DNA of 63,516 bases, the filler included, from Asterionella formosa (taxonomy: Eukaryota): assembly GCA_002256025.1 (NCBI GenBank). It is 16 parts of 16 records of this genome, joined end to end, with 100 filler letters (N's around TTAATTAATTAA, not from the genome) between each part and the next. Parts side by side here need not be neighbours in the genome. Positions count along the whole stretch, not along the records: positions 16,407 to 32,707 come from NKIB01004988.1; positions 32,808 to 33,818 come from NKIB01004989.1; positions 33,919 to 34,929 come from NKIB01004990.1; 13 more parts are not named here. One strand, written 5' to 3'. How positions within the stretch are numbered: the first letter of the stretch is position 1; each line of letters opens with the position of its first letter. The notes below the pieces were generated by a model. The model searched no databases, was not told where the DNA came from, and worked only from the letters and a program-made list of their open reading frames with translations. Positions 23,429 through 34,751 of the stretch are shown here, piece by piece. The position numbers and the translations under genes were made by a program.

Positions 23429-25291
23429 TTACTCCATATTGAAGTTCTCCATCTTCAACATCTTAGCAGCACCGTGCTGGGCAACAGTAAGTATACGCAT
23501 ACTCGCAATGTCCTTAATTTCATCCGCAGTTCTGCAGTATGCTAATCCCTGATCATATAGCTTGATAACTTTTTCTGCCCCGGATAAATCAGTTGCCATG
23601 CTCAACTTGAGTTGTCCCAAATGAACATAAGCAGCATGGAATTGAGGATCGACCGCAATAGCTTGTTCCATCAACTTGATAGCCGCGGGAGCATCTGGCA
23701 TTTGACCAGGACTAGGAGGAAGGTTCAAAATGGCAAGAGCAGCATTCACATAAGGAGTTGGGTTGTTAGGCTCTGCTTTTATCGCCTTGTTAAATTCTTC
23801 TGCAGCAGCTGCAACATTACTCTCGGCAAAGTACATTTCGCCACGGTAGGAATGGACTTCTGACGAATTGGGATCGACACGCTCAGCGTCGTCCAGCGCC
23901 TTTTTAGCCCCAGCCAAATCATTTGTCGCCATGAAAATGGTCGCAAGACGGAGTCTTGCCAAGACATGGTCTGGCCTGAGCTCCAGACACCTTTCCAAAT
24001 CTGCCTTCGCTTCTGGTAACTTTTGCTGAAGCATTCGTAAGTTAGCTCGGTGCAAAAGAGCATCAGTTGTCTCGCAGTCCAAGCCCAAGGCAGTGTCAAA
24101 TAGCTTTAATGCTTCATCATGCTTGCCACCGTCCATCTTGACACCAGCCTGCTTAACCAAGATTCCTGCATTCATAGGTTCCAAATCACTGACTACCTCG
24201 TAGCACTTGACTGCTCCGTCCAAATCATATTTCCAATGCTTTGCCATGCCAGCCCATTCCATCAGCCTCGCATACGAGTCTTCTTCCATGTCCTCTTGAA
24301 CTTCTGGTTTTTTGTCGACCAGCAAAAATCCAGCTTCAAAATCCTTGGAAGCTTCCTGAAACTTTTGATCGAATGCATATCTCCGCCCACGCTTCATCAA
24401 CAGCGTTGCCTTTTGAGCCTCTGTTTCCGCCTCATTCAGTTGAATAGAAAGAATCTCAACAGTTCCATCCTTGGCTGCTTTGGCCATCCACGAATTGTAT
24501 CCTTGAAATGACTTTAACAATTGTATCAATGTATGGTCCGAAGGAAGAGGCCGCTCGGCCTTGCTGTTTGCACTCATTGCCAAGTATTTTTCCACTTCCG
24601 GTGGAAGCAACACTTGGATGAGTTCCTCCAACTTACTCTGAGGAATTGGCGGTTGGACTGGAATTCCCATGCGCAACTTATCTCGGTTGTCCTTCATGAA
24701 TTTAAGCTGAATCGCACACACTTCCACGAGCGCGTCGGCATAATTGTGCTGCGACTCCAATACTCGCAACTTGCGAGTCCGGGCCTTGATATGCCCCACA
24801 TCCAGCTCAAGGATGCTGGCGCAGTCTTCCAGGGCTAAATCCGGGAGGCCACCCTTTTCATACATGGCTGATCGGTTGTTTAAGAGTGTAACGACCTGAC
24901 GAGACAACGCAGTGGATGCTCGGGAGCCTCCCTGCTTATCAATCACCTCAAGGGCTTCGGAGAACGTTTGAGCAGCTTCGAGGTATTGCTTATTCTTGAA
25001 AAGGACCTTGCCCTTCTTGTCGAGTTCTTCGATTTTCAGGTTGATAGACTTTTCATCGGTGATATTGGACGTAGTTGGAGTGGACGTGTCGGAAGAAGAG
25101 TTGCTTTGCGTGACGGAACTGGAAGAAAGGTCTCGTGATTTGTCTCTCGCCTTTGTGTCTTTCGCATCGCCTTTTGATCCTCGTGAAATAGTTCCTGTGG
25201 CACTCCTTTGCTTGTAGGCATACCACAGAACGACGCTAGCTATCGCGGCAGCAGTTAGGCCAGTGACGACTTGTCGATTTACCTTTGTCAT
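23429..25291 (-). CDS. TOM70: Mitochondrial import receptor Tom70-like TPR protein
   Basis: N-terminal signal-anchor (VVTGLTAAAIASVVLWYAY) followed by basic residues. Clamp-type TPRs (KKGKVLFKNKQY, LLNNRSAMY, KARTRK), then a C-terminal TPR array; 620 aa. Confidence 0.8.
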   Translation of the reverse strand: MTKVNRQVVTGLTAAAIASVVLWYAYKQRSATGTISRGSKGDAKDTKARDKSRDLSSSSVTQSNSSSDTSTPTTSNITDEKSINLKIEELDKKGKVLFKNKQYLEAAQTFSEALEVIDKQGGSRASTALSRQVVTLLNNRSAMYEKGGLPDLALEDCASILELDVGHIKARTRKLRVLESQHNYADALVEVCAIQLKFMKDNRDKLRMGIPVQPPIPQSKLEELIQVLLPPEVEKYLAMSANSKAERPLPSDHTLIQLLKSFQGYNSWMAKAAKDGTVEILSIQLNEAETEAQKATLLMKRGRRYAFDQKFQEASKDFEAGFLLVDKKPEVQEDMEEDSYARLMEWAGMAKHWKYDLDGAVKCYEVVSDLEPMNAGILVKQAGVKMDGGKHDEALKLFDTALGLDCETTDALLHRANLRMLQQKLPEAKADLERCLELRPDHVLARLRLATIFMATNDLAGAKKALDDAERVDPNSSEVHSYRGEMYFAESNVAAAAEEFNKAIKAEPNNPTPYVNAALAILNLPPSPGQMPDAPAAIKLMEQAIAVDPQFHAAYVHLGQLKLSMATDLSGAEKVIKLYDQGLAYCRTADEIKDIASMRILTVAQHGAAKMLKMENFNME

Positions 25292-26215
25292 GATTGCTAA
25301 AATTACTATGGCGCCAGGTGGATATTGATTTGATTTGATTTGATTGGCTTTGCTTTTCTGTAAAGTGCTCCCGGCGTTTCTCGAATCTATTCAAAGATCT
25401 AACAGCAATTATTAACCAGCTTCAAGGTTATCACGAGAGAAGAGGAGGAGGGATGAATAGCATCAATTTTAATCAATGGAAGAGTCGTGGGCCCGCGATG
25501 AGGATCCACAGCCAACGCAAACAAGTTGGGGATTTTGAGCTCACAAGCGACAACGACGAGTAATCAGAGTAACATAGGTATGGGTACCAGGTACCAGGTA
25601 CCTGGTGTTGCGTTAATTTTGCTGAACCAAAGATTTAGCTATCTTTATCCCAGATGAAATTGTTTATTTAAGTAAAATGACCGTAACTTGTGGGTACCAG
25701 GGGTACTGGTTGTACCTCAGTACCCTGGTACCTCTATCTGGTACCTATTTCGTGGCACCAAACGAACAGTTATACCGGGTAGCATATTTATCGCTGGTCT
25801 GTCATGACGCACACCACCATCTGCTTTTGTACGCACAGCCAATTGTTTCCTGCACCCCGCCCCGTCAATGACCGCAGTCTAATTATATTTTGGTTTAATT
25901 AAACGACTAACCTACTAATAAATAAGCAAAAAAGATCCGAAGGTTTTGCATTGAACAATTCATAAAGCTAAGAAAATATTCACATGGCACATCTGCCAAT
26001 GCCGGGGGTGGAGACGAGGATGAATACATTTTGTCTATGTAAGTTACTTTCTGCCTGCCTCCTTGCTTTTTTTGAGAACCATGTGACATCATACCTTACA
26101 TGATGATGATACAAAAGCCATATTACAAATTCATATGACATGTCTTTGGGCGTCAGCGCGAAGGCTTCGAGCATTACCCCTTTTCCTTCGTTGATCAACA
26201 GTCGTCAATCAAAAA

Positions 26216-27320
26216 ATGAATTCGACACTTGCCCTTTCGGGCCTCTTGGCTTTTGGCATTCTGCACATGTCTGTTGGATTTCATTCATTTTCAGCCTCTG
26301 GATCGAGAACCAGCAGGAAGCCTTTCGCCGCTCTCCCAAACGATCGCATGCATTCAGAAATGGAACGTCGATCAGCTATTGCCTTAGGTCTCGTGGGGAG
26401 CATGGCTATGTTTGGTCTCTTGGGCCCCATTGCAGCGTCTGCGGCTGATGATCCTACTGAGTCGTTGCCCCCCATAACAAACACAGTTTACATGAACGTC
26501 AGGATATCAAGGCAAGATGGCACGTTTTACGTACGAGACGACTTGGAAGATACGCCTGAGAATCAAGTATTTACCGGGACTTTGAAACTGGGATTGTTTG
26601 GGACGGCGGCTCCTCGTGCTGTGCAACAATTTTTGAGCTACGTGAATGTTAGCTACAGCCCATTGGACGACGATCCCCTTCCATCCTATTCGAGGTCAAC
26701 CTTTTCGTCGTTGGATCAAGCAACAGGTGAGGCCATGTATGCGGGGTGATCTTGAATCGCGTCAATGTCACTGCCAAATAATGGCAACCTAACCAACAAA
26801 TTTCTTGCGCTCGTATACCAAAGGCCTCCTCCTGGGAGGAACCATACCTAGTCTAGAAGTGACTAGCTTTGCAGGTTCAACGGCAATCAAATACGGCGGT
26901 AGAATTCTCATGGCCCCTCTTTGGATCGAACCAGGAATTCCCGTTGTTTCACTCAAACACAACACCAAAGGGCTCCTGACACATCGTGCCTTGGATGTTG
27001 CACCCTCCTTTGGCATTACAACACGGTCGTCCACGCCTGAATTAGATGGTATCAGTATTGTTTTTGGGAAAGTACTCTTTGACGATTCTAGCCGAGAATT
27101 CTTTCGACTTGTCGAAGATTTGCCAACTTACAGTATGGAACATACATCAACTGACCCCAGTAGCGAAAATATGGCCGATACCGCCAAAGCGGCTGTCTTT
27201 AACTCTCAACGAGAAATCTTTCGCTCCGTCGCAAGGGGTATTGGCGACACCCGAGTCAGCAAAGTTTACGAAGGCAAGTTGCTCCGGCGAGTTGAAGTGA
27301 CCCAAGTGGGGCTTATTTAA
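26216..27320 (+). CDS. Plastid thylakoid-lumen cyclophilin-like protein (2 exons; intron 26727-26823)
   Basis: Signal peptide ending SVG|F, then a twin-arginine RRSAI...ASA lumenal peptide. ITNTVYMNVRI...LKLGLFGTAAPRAVQQF, LKHNTKGLLT and IVFGKVL give a cyclophilin fold. The GT-AG intron has a CTAAC branch site and joins the exons in frame (DQATG|LLLGG). Confidence 0.8.
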
Positions 27321-28524
27321 TTTTAAAACAACCTAATTTGGTGCAGTTGAGACGACCTAGATCGGTTTTGTAAGACCCACCATCCGCACAAGGATCAATT
27401 TGCCACTGGAGGAGAATGGCCTCAAAGTGTACTCGATTGGAAACCACCACGTCAGGGCTTTTCAAAAAGTAGCAACGAACCCATTTGGAAACGTTGGTGG
27501 CAATCTCTAGTAAACTTTCTCGGACTTGCTTGTACTGATCTTCGCATATGTCAACCTTTTTGTTATTCACCTTCTCCAGTGTCGCCTCTGAGTGTGTCTT
27601 TCGACCAGGCTTGAACCATACCATTGGCGGCAGTTTCTTCCGCAGATAGAGAAAACTTTGTAAATCCCTTCGAAATCTATGAGCTCGCACTTCATCCTGA
27701 TCATCTAACTGATCCACGTCATATAGAAAAACTCGTCCCTTCCATCCATGCTTGGGCCGGTCCTTCTGATGCATTTTTTGGGGGCCAAATAGCATCCGTT
27801 CCTCTTGACTCAGATTCGTCTTGCCAAGATTCGACAGATACCAATGAAATTCAGCTCTTTTGGTGCACACATGGAACATTCCCTTCATACATCCGAATAG
27901 AGTTTTCTGTAGCGGCTGGATCGGGAACTGGTTGTGTACGCGGTGGTTGTAAAACGATTCTAGCCATTTCACTGGATGTCGAATGCCAACAATAAAATCT
28001 GTTTTTGGAAAGAATTTTCCGTAATTTTTTAAAGCCAAGGGTGCCTCCACATCAGAAGGACACTTGATACCTTTTACAAAATCACCTGATGGAAACGTGG
28101 TGTAAAGTTCTTTGATGAGGGTGACTTGCTGATTTCCTCCCAAATGACACTTTTCGTTCTTGAAGATTTGAACTTCGGTATTTGTATTGAAATAGTGCAT
28201 CATACTGCTAGTTCCGCATTTTGGGAATCCGACGATGGCAAAGTTTAAGAGCCACTGTGGACTAGTCGTGATGTTCCATTCAACGACAATCTGATCCAAA
28301 GGAGGTCGGGGCGTGGGTTCATATGGTCGGATAGAATTAATCAGGGTCAGATTCGTTTCCGAGTCAAAGACTTCGATGTAAACGTTTGATTGTCTATCCA
28401 TTTCAGCAGCGTTACCGGAAGTAAAAAGCAAGGAATATATAAAGGCAATCAACATCGAACTGACAATGGCGCCGGCAAAAACGACTCGAACAATCCTTCG
28501 CGTGGAGATTTCTCGAATGCCCAT
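27313..28524 (-). CDS. Membrane-anchored sulfotransferase-family protein
   Basis: Type II TM anchor; 5'-PSB loop FAIVGFPKCGTSS and 3'-PB motif IVGIRHPVKWLESFY. Confidence 0.8.
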   Translation of the reverse strand: MGIREISTRRIVRVVFAGAIVSSMLIAFIYSLLFTSGNAAEMDRQSNVYIEVFDSETNLTLINSIRPYEPTPRPPLDQIVVEWNITTSPQWLLNFAIVGFPKCGTSSMMHYFNTNTEVQIFKNEKCHLGGNQQVTLIKELYTTFPSGDFVKGIKCPSDVEAPLALKNYGKFFPKTDFIVGIRHPVKWLESFYNHRVHNQFPIQPLQKTLFGCMKGMFHVCTKRAEFHWYLSNLGKTNLSQEERMLFGPQKMHQKDRPKHGWKGRVFLYDVDQLDDQDEVRAHRFRRDLQSFLYLRKKLPPMVWFKPGRKTHSEATLEKVNNKKVDICEDQYKQVRESLLEIATNVSKWVRCYFLKSPDVVVSNRVHFEAILLQWQIDPCADGGSYKTDLGRLNCTKLGCFKIK

Positions 28525-29563
28525 GGCTCAACTATGTTGAAGATAACTAAATTGCTCAGCCAGATTGATGCTTTGCGTGACGGGGATTCGGATTCTAACA
28601 TGGAAAGAACTGATAAGTTCATGTGCGGTGAAGTTATACCTTGAATCATGCATTCAAAGTCATTGAAATACCTTCCAACATCTTTTTGTGTGAATGTCGT
28701 GTCAGTACCACCTTTGGCCGGACGAAATTAATACCTGCATATATTATATTAGGACGATCATGAATAAATGCTGCCAGTACAGTACCGGTATGTACTATTT
28801 ATATCTATTTTACAGATTTGCAGTACCAGGGTACCTGGTACCAGGTACATAGGATAACATGATATCACCACCATCAAAACATTCCGGTAGGTATACCGGT
28901 AGTGTTAAGTATTCGCATACATACATTTTTTTAATCGTCATGTGATAGATATTTTCATGTACCTGGTACCTGGTGCCCTGGTACCAGGTACTATAACATC
29001 ATTCTATCGGTACATTCTAGACTTGAGACAAGACGTACTGTACCAGGTACCAGGTACCTGGTACAGGAGTACATCGCTTGTTTTATGGGTCGGGTCATGA
29101 TATTTTAATTCGTAACGATGTTCACACTTTTTCAGGGGATAGATATGGCGACAATATCATTACGATTGAAACCTTGGCTTTTAAAGGACTTCCAGGTCCC
29201 TGGTACCGTACACTATTGAATTTTGGCTTGGGTCATCATTAAACTACCAGGTGCTTTGGTAGGTACTCCTAACATCCTTTCCAGTATAGCATTTGCATTA
29301 AGTTTTCACAAAACCGAACCACAGTGTTCATGCAGTTGATGATAGAGCAAGGTTGGTGATACATTTGTTCATGATCAACATGAATGAAAGAAATATTGCC
29401 TTTTGCAGTAGACTTTAGTAGTCAAGAGTTCGTTTCGACTAATATATATATCGTCGATGATCAACACTACCAGCCCGAAGCCGACGAGCAGCACATTTGC
29501 TTTGCACAAACGAAAGAACATACGTTATCACTCAAATTAGTCCCGCTGATACTTAGCTAGTAA

Positions 29564-32521
29564 TTATGGTCCCGCCCCGTTGGATGCCATTTGCCTTTTC
29601 TTTTGACGTGCACGGAATTGACTTCCATAGCCACCCCCACCAAACAAGTCTTCTTCGTCTGACGACTCGCCACCATTGTCTTGACGTTTGTTGGCGTTCC
29701 CATTCTTACCGGACGGTCGTTCTGCAGGAAGGGCGTCGTTTCGCAAAGATGTCAAAGCCATTTCAACCATGTGCGGTGGGGGCTTGCTCAAGATGGCAGC
29801 ACGATGACGAGATGCAGGCAGGAGATTCAGGAGAGGGTGAAGCCATTCTGGCGCTTGTTGGATAGCGAGTTGGACAGCGCTAGACTGAGCAGGTTGATTG
29901 ATTGTTCCGGAGCCTTGTTGGAGACGTTCTCTCGCGGACAGGTGCTTGGATCCACCTTCTCCATCCAAAGCAGCTTCAATCGATAGGCCGGACGCCGAGC
30001 GTCGTTGAAAGTTCAGTCGACGTTGATAGCAAGCATCACTCTGACCACCGGCATCCCAGTCATAGTCTCGACTAGTTAGCCTCGCTTGTCGTGCGCTACT
30101 TCCGTCCCCGTCTCCCCACAATCCCGTGACTTCCAAGACATTGATAAGACGAGTCATACCATTTACAATATTAGAGCTGACATCATAGCCCTCCACTCGC
30201 ACGAGTTGTTCCGCAATCGTCGACTTGGTGGATCCTACAGCAACGCCCTGATCACCCATCCCCACGAGCCCACCAGTGGCTACATCTTCAACTTCTGCGC
30301 CCATAAGCGATGCATTGCGTTTCTGCTCCATCCTCCTCATCGAAACGAGGTTGGCAGGATCTGTTCCAGCTAAGAGAGACTCAAACCTCAAAGTCATATC
30401 CAAAAAGGCAGCAGCCGCAGCTGCATTGCCTTCGCTTGCTTCGCAAGCAGCTACCGCTCTTGTCAGCAATGCACGGAGGTTCTCCATATCTCTTAATTCC
30501 ATCAACAATTGAGCATATCGTAGCACATAAGGCGCTTTGGTCAAGAACGAGATATGCTTCCTGAGACCCAGCTCATAGACACGAGCCGCAATGGCTGGGA
30601 AATTATTCAATCGATGTTCCATTGTAGCATGGGAGGCATAAAGTTGCCAAGTAATAGGTCCAGGGATTAATTTGACTCCTGATTCATCGATAGGAAAATC
30701 ATCTCCACTCGAGTTATTTCCAGTAGTAGCCTGTACTGACTTGCCTGCCTTGCCAACTTCGGGATTTAATCGATTTGTCACCATATGACGATTTCCACTG
30801 TCAGCAACTACTGCTTTTACTGTCACATCCTCACCAGCTTCGCTCTGTGTCACTTCTTGTTTCGTTTCCACAGTCGGGACTCCCTCAGCATAATGGGCAG
30901 CCGCACCTTCCTTTAACACCCGGCGTGCATGAGAAAATACTGATCTAGCCTCCTGCATGCCCTTATACCGTCGGACGATTTGTTGATAAAGAACAAATCC
31001 AAGAGTATTAGGACTCCGTTCAAGAAAATTCTCCATCACCCCAATACAATCTGCAGGAGAGTCTGTATGACTTTCAATTAGTTGTACTTCCGCATATGCT
31101 AGGAGAGTACAGTCTGGGATGTGTTGCTGTCCCAGTTCAAGAACTGACACGGCATAGTCTAACTTGTTGTCTGACCCACTTTGCAGGATTTCCCACGAAC
31201 TCCACATGTGCCAGGCTTCCGGATGCCTTGTTAGGACACAAATCATTTCTTTGTAAGCTTGACGCACCCGTATTGTCAAGGCAGCGGACTCAAGTCTTTC
31301 CGGATTCGTCCTTTCGTACGAACATCGTTTTTTCCACAAAGTCAATAATTGATTTTCTTCATCCATCTTGGCAGCATAGTCCTCGTCAGAAATATCCACA
31401 GGTGGAATTGCCAGTCGACCAATTTGCAAGTCTAAAACGTTGTAAACTCTATTTCTCTCCAAGTAAGTACTTCGAGCATGCTGGTATTTTGGTGTGTACT
31501 CTTGTAGAAGGGCCTGTGCCAAAGCTTCTGACTGCCCTCTCTCGAATGCTTCATATTCTTGGTATAACTGGTCCAAGCCAGTCATTGGATGAGTCACCAG
31601 TCGCTGATAGATGGATCTCAGATTAATCATTTGTTGCTGAGCAAGGGCATGATCCACATTCATCGCTGGATTTAGGATCCAGGACTTGACCCATTCCAGG
31701 TACTGTTTCCATAGCAGATGGTTTCCATTCACAAAGGATGCATGGTCGATAGCCACCTCGTACGCCTTTTTGGTCCATTCCCTCACAAACTTGGCTTGGT
31801 TGTCCACCGGTAATGTTATTGCGTGTCTCAACGTATCCCGCACGCGTTTGCGTACAAAGAGCAACCAAAGTTCCACCGAAGACGTGCACAAGCCTCCTAT
31901 AGTGGAATCCAAAACTGGAGTACCGTCCATTTCCACTCCGAGAACGTTACGAAAGATGCGCTCCACCTTGGCCTCACATAGGGTCGCTCGTTGAGATGTG
32001 TCCATGCCGAAATCCATCAGGGGCCCATCCTCTTCGCCGACCCGAGCACTTTGTGCCAAGAGCATTTCAACGACCGTAACATAGTAGGAAGATGCGTATG
32101 GAAAGTAAGTCAAGAGCGCACCGTAGCAGCTTTCGATCCAGTCCAATTTGGCATGTGTGTCGGCATCAACGTTGTGAAGGAGTGGCTGAATGTTTCGATA
32201 ACACGCGCCAGCTTCAGTAATAAGCGCTTGCCATGCTTCAACATCTGAAGTGGGGCTATCTGTGACACGCTGAAGGGCGTTTCGGAAACGCGCCGATGTA
32301 GCTCCCGTTTGATGGTGCGCGTATGGCGATGGCGTTATGATTTTGGAAATTAAATCGTCGGAGCCCTCGACAAATTGCATGGAAGGAGCCACAGGCATTA
32401 TCTCGTCTTCTTCCATGGCATCTTCGCCACCCAGGAGGATGGGCTTGCCACTGGCGGGACCATAGTGGCCGTCTGCATCGTCCATGCTTTGGAAAAGACC
32501 GCTGTCGCTCGCGGAGCTCAT
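29564..32521 (-). CDS. CSTF3: Cleavage stimulation factor 77 kDa subunit (CstF77/Rna14), HAT repeats
   Basis: SVELWLLF, LRSIYQRLVTHPMTGLDQLYQEYEAFE, RVRQAYKE...HPEAW, ATMEHR...AARVYELGLRKH, ENLRALLTRAV; Pro-rich C-terminal segment. Confidence 0.85.
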   Translation of the reverse strand: MSSASDSGLFQSMDDADGHYGPASGKPILLGGEDAMEEDEIMPVAPSMQFVEGSDDLISKIITPSPYAHHQTGATSARFRNALQRVTDSPTSDVEAWQALITEAGACYRNIQPLLHNVDADTHAKLDWIESCYGALLTYFPYASSYYVTVVEMLLAQSARVGEEDGPLMDFGMDTSQRATLCEAKVERIFRNVLGVEMDGTPVLDSTIGGLCTSSVELWLLFVRKRVRDTLRHAITLPVDNQAKFVREWTKKAYEVAIDHASFVNGNHLLWKQYLEWVKSWILNPAMNVDHALAQQQMINLRSIYQRLVTHPMTGLDQLYQEYEAFERGQSEALAQALLQEYTPKYQHARSTYLERNRVYNVLDLQIGRLAIPPVDISDEDYAAKMDEENQLLTLWKKRCSYERTNPERLESAALTIRVRQAYKEMICVLTRHPEAWHMWSSWEILQSGSDNKLDYAVSVLELGQQHIPDCTLLAYAEVQLIESHTDSPADCIGVMENFLERSPNTLGFVLYQQIVRRYKGMQEARSVFSHARRVLKEGAAAHYAEGVPTVETKQEVTQSEAGEDVTVKAVVADSGNRHMVTNRLNPEVGKAGKSVQATTGNNSSGDDFPIDESGVKLIPGPITWQLYASHATMEHRLNNFPAIAARVYELGLRKHISFLTKAPYVLRYAQLLMELRDMENLRALLTRAVAACEASEGNAAAAAAFLDMTLRFESLLAGTDPANLVSMRRMEQKRNASLMGAEVEDVATGGLVGMGDQGVAVGSTKSTIAEQLVRVEGYDVSSNIVNGMTRLINVLEVTGLWGDGDGSSARQARLTSRDYDWDAGGQSDACYQRRLNFQRRSASGLSIEAALDGEGGSKHLSARERLQQGSGTINQPAQSSAVQLAIQQAPEWLHPLLNLLPASRHRAAILSKPPPHMVEMALTSLRNDALPAERPSGKNGNANKRQDNGGESSDEEDLFGGGGYGSQFRARQKKRQMASNGAGP

Positions 32522-33918
32522 CGTCGCGGTCGATCAAGTTGCAATTCAATAATGTGGCATGGGAGCTACTGGTATCCATGTATCATATATACCGTTTTAT
32601 CGAATTTAGCTCGTCCCTACGGTATTTTGAATGTATCACCACCATGCCGCTACGTGCTATTTGTCCCCTTGTGATTAAATAAATAAATAAGTGTATCATG
32701 TAATAATNNNNNNNNNNNNNNNNNNNNNNNNNNNNNNNNNNNNNNNNNNNNTTAATTAATTAANNNNNNNNNNNNNNNNNNNNNNNNNNNNNNNNNNNNN
32801 NNNNNNNGGAAAGACGACGACTGCTGCTGGTTACAACGAAGGCAGTGCTTGTGGTTGCTACTGATGCAACAAGGCAAGAGAGGAGGATGGCAGCTTGCGA
32901 ATACATTATGATGATGAGGATTTCAATATATATTTTACCGCTAATAGTAGAAGTGATGGGTTCAGACGGACAAGAACCATAAAATATCTTTCATTGCAGC
33001 TTCTTGACATTGATGAAGCAAAGGATATGCAAACGACTACGGTGCCGGTATTACAGGTTCCTTCATGCTGTAGAGCCTACCGGTACTAGGTACCGGTAAC
33101 TGTTTTGGATAAGGAAACAACGTACCGGTTGCTACCGGCATGTAAGTATTAGTACATACATGTATCATTAATTTTTATCCTACTTACTATCAGCGCCTAC
33201 AGTATCACGCAGTCATGATTATCCTCATGTGTACCTGTAAACCACATGCTGAGCGATGATTACTATGAATATCATGTTGTATGTATGTACTAGGTGCGTA
33301 GGAAGCCAATGGTCAAGAAGCAATGGCTAGGGATGGCACGCGCTACTATCATGTCGTCTGTGGCGACATGTTGTGCCAGTATAGGAGATACAGACATACG
33401 ACATACAGGTTACTAAATACTAAACCACAGTCCTGGTCCCTGTACAAGAATGGTACCGTACCAGGGTACTAGGTATCATTCATAGAAAAGAAGTACGCCA
33501 GCACCTGGATTACCTATGTAGGACCAGTTACCGTACTTTGCTTGAAAGGACATGGTAACTGGTACCAGGGTACTACATGGTACAAGTACCTGGTTGCCTA
33601 CCAATATCAAGACCACCCAGTCATTATCACATGCTGGTGTCAAGGGTAATACCATACATAGCTATACTAGGGGTTCAAGTGATGAGGAATATGGATTCCA
33701 TGACACTTAAATGAGTCGAATCATGTGTTGCCATGCCAATCCCTCAGCTGGCAATGAGATTGAAGATTGACGATTGCTATAGTGATCTAATTCCAGTCTT
33801 GTCAACAAGTGAAAATTCNNNNNNNNNNNNNNNNNNNNNNNNNNNNNNNNNNNNNNNNNNNNTTAATTAATTAANNNNNNNNNNNNNNNNNNNNNNNNNN
33901 NNNNNNNNNNNNNNNNNN

Positions 33919-34088
33919 TCGAAAACAATCTACGCCAACAGTAAAAACCCATAATTCTATTAAAACTCTTAGGAACGATTACAATCGATCGCGGAGACAT
34001 CGTTGTTATATCTACAGCCTATTTGGTCCCTGACGTGTCCTTACAGGATACAAGAAAGCATATAGTGCTTCGGGACGCAATTTCAACA
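33919..34088 (+). mobile_element. Copia LTR 3' part, PBS and leader (same family as 12824)
   Basis: Aligns with 12931-13064 and 62520-62676 (…ATATCTACAGCCTATTTGGTCCCTGACGT…GGACGCAATTT). Confidence 0.85.
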
Positions 34089-34751
34089 CCCTTGTTCAAG
34101 TCAAGTTCCACAGGCGATCTTTCCCATCTTTCCCGCCCAGCCACGAGAGTCAAAATGTCACGCATGATGTCAACTTCAGATATTACCATTCAGCAAGAAA
34201 CCAACTGTACCAAGAACGGCGGCATTTTGGTCGTCAAGACACAAGCAGATTCGCTGCACTTGGAGCAAAACGACTCCAACTACAGAGATATGCGCCGTTG
34301 GAGGCGTCAAAATCTAATTGGAAAAGGCGTCCGATTTGGAGCCTGCGAAATTAGAGGATACCCTGTTACGCTAGGCGACAATCCCGGGGGATATCGGGGA
34401 CCGCCTCTCACGCTGAGTTGGGACCACTACGGGACCATTTGCATGCCCCTCGAAGAGTTTGAATCTCAACATCCACCTCGCCGGACCGAATCTCAAATGT
34501 TTCTCCCTCTGTCGGTTCGCGAAGATTTACTGCGCAATGCCGGCTTTTCATTGGGGGATATCCGAGCGGGATCGGAGGAAGTGGATAAAATCAGAGGGCA
34601 GCGAAGGCGAACTATAGAGCGACTACAGTTGACTGTACTGCGAGAACTGACGGAGAAGCTATTACGCGGCACTAGCAACGTTATTTTTCGATATGGAAAG
34701 AAAAGTGGGAGTAATCATATTTGCAGCATGCGATGGAGGTTCACCAAATGA
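34089..34751 (+). CDS. Diatom-typical uncharacterised domain protein (VRF...EIRxY...LGDNP...GPPLTLSW family); 5' end joined to a Copia leader
   Basis: GVRFGACEIRGYPVTLGDNPGGYRGPPLTLSWD...EEFE...RR...LPLSVREDLL; family recognised by motif only. Confidence 0.65.
   Translation, partial: PLFKSSSTGDLSHLSRPATRVKMSRMMSTSDITIQQETNCTKNGGILVVKTQADSLHLEQNDSNYRDMRRWRRQNLIGKGVRFGACEIRGYPVTLGDNPGGYRGPPLTLSWDHYGTICMPLEEFESQHPPRRTESQMFLPLSVREDLLRNAGFSLGDIRAGSEEVDKIRGQRRRTIERLQLTVLRELTEKLLRGTSNVIFRYGKKSGSNHICSMRWRFTK

Noticed and set aside
25582..25606. CCAGGTA runs as telomeric repeats
   Set aside because: Only 2-4 units, mixed orientation, interstitial and not at contig ends.
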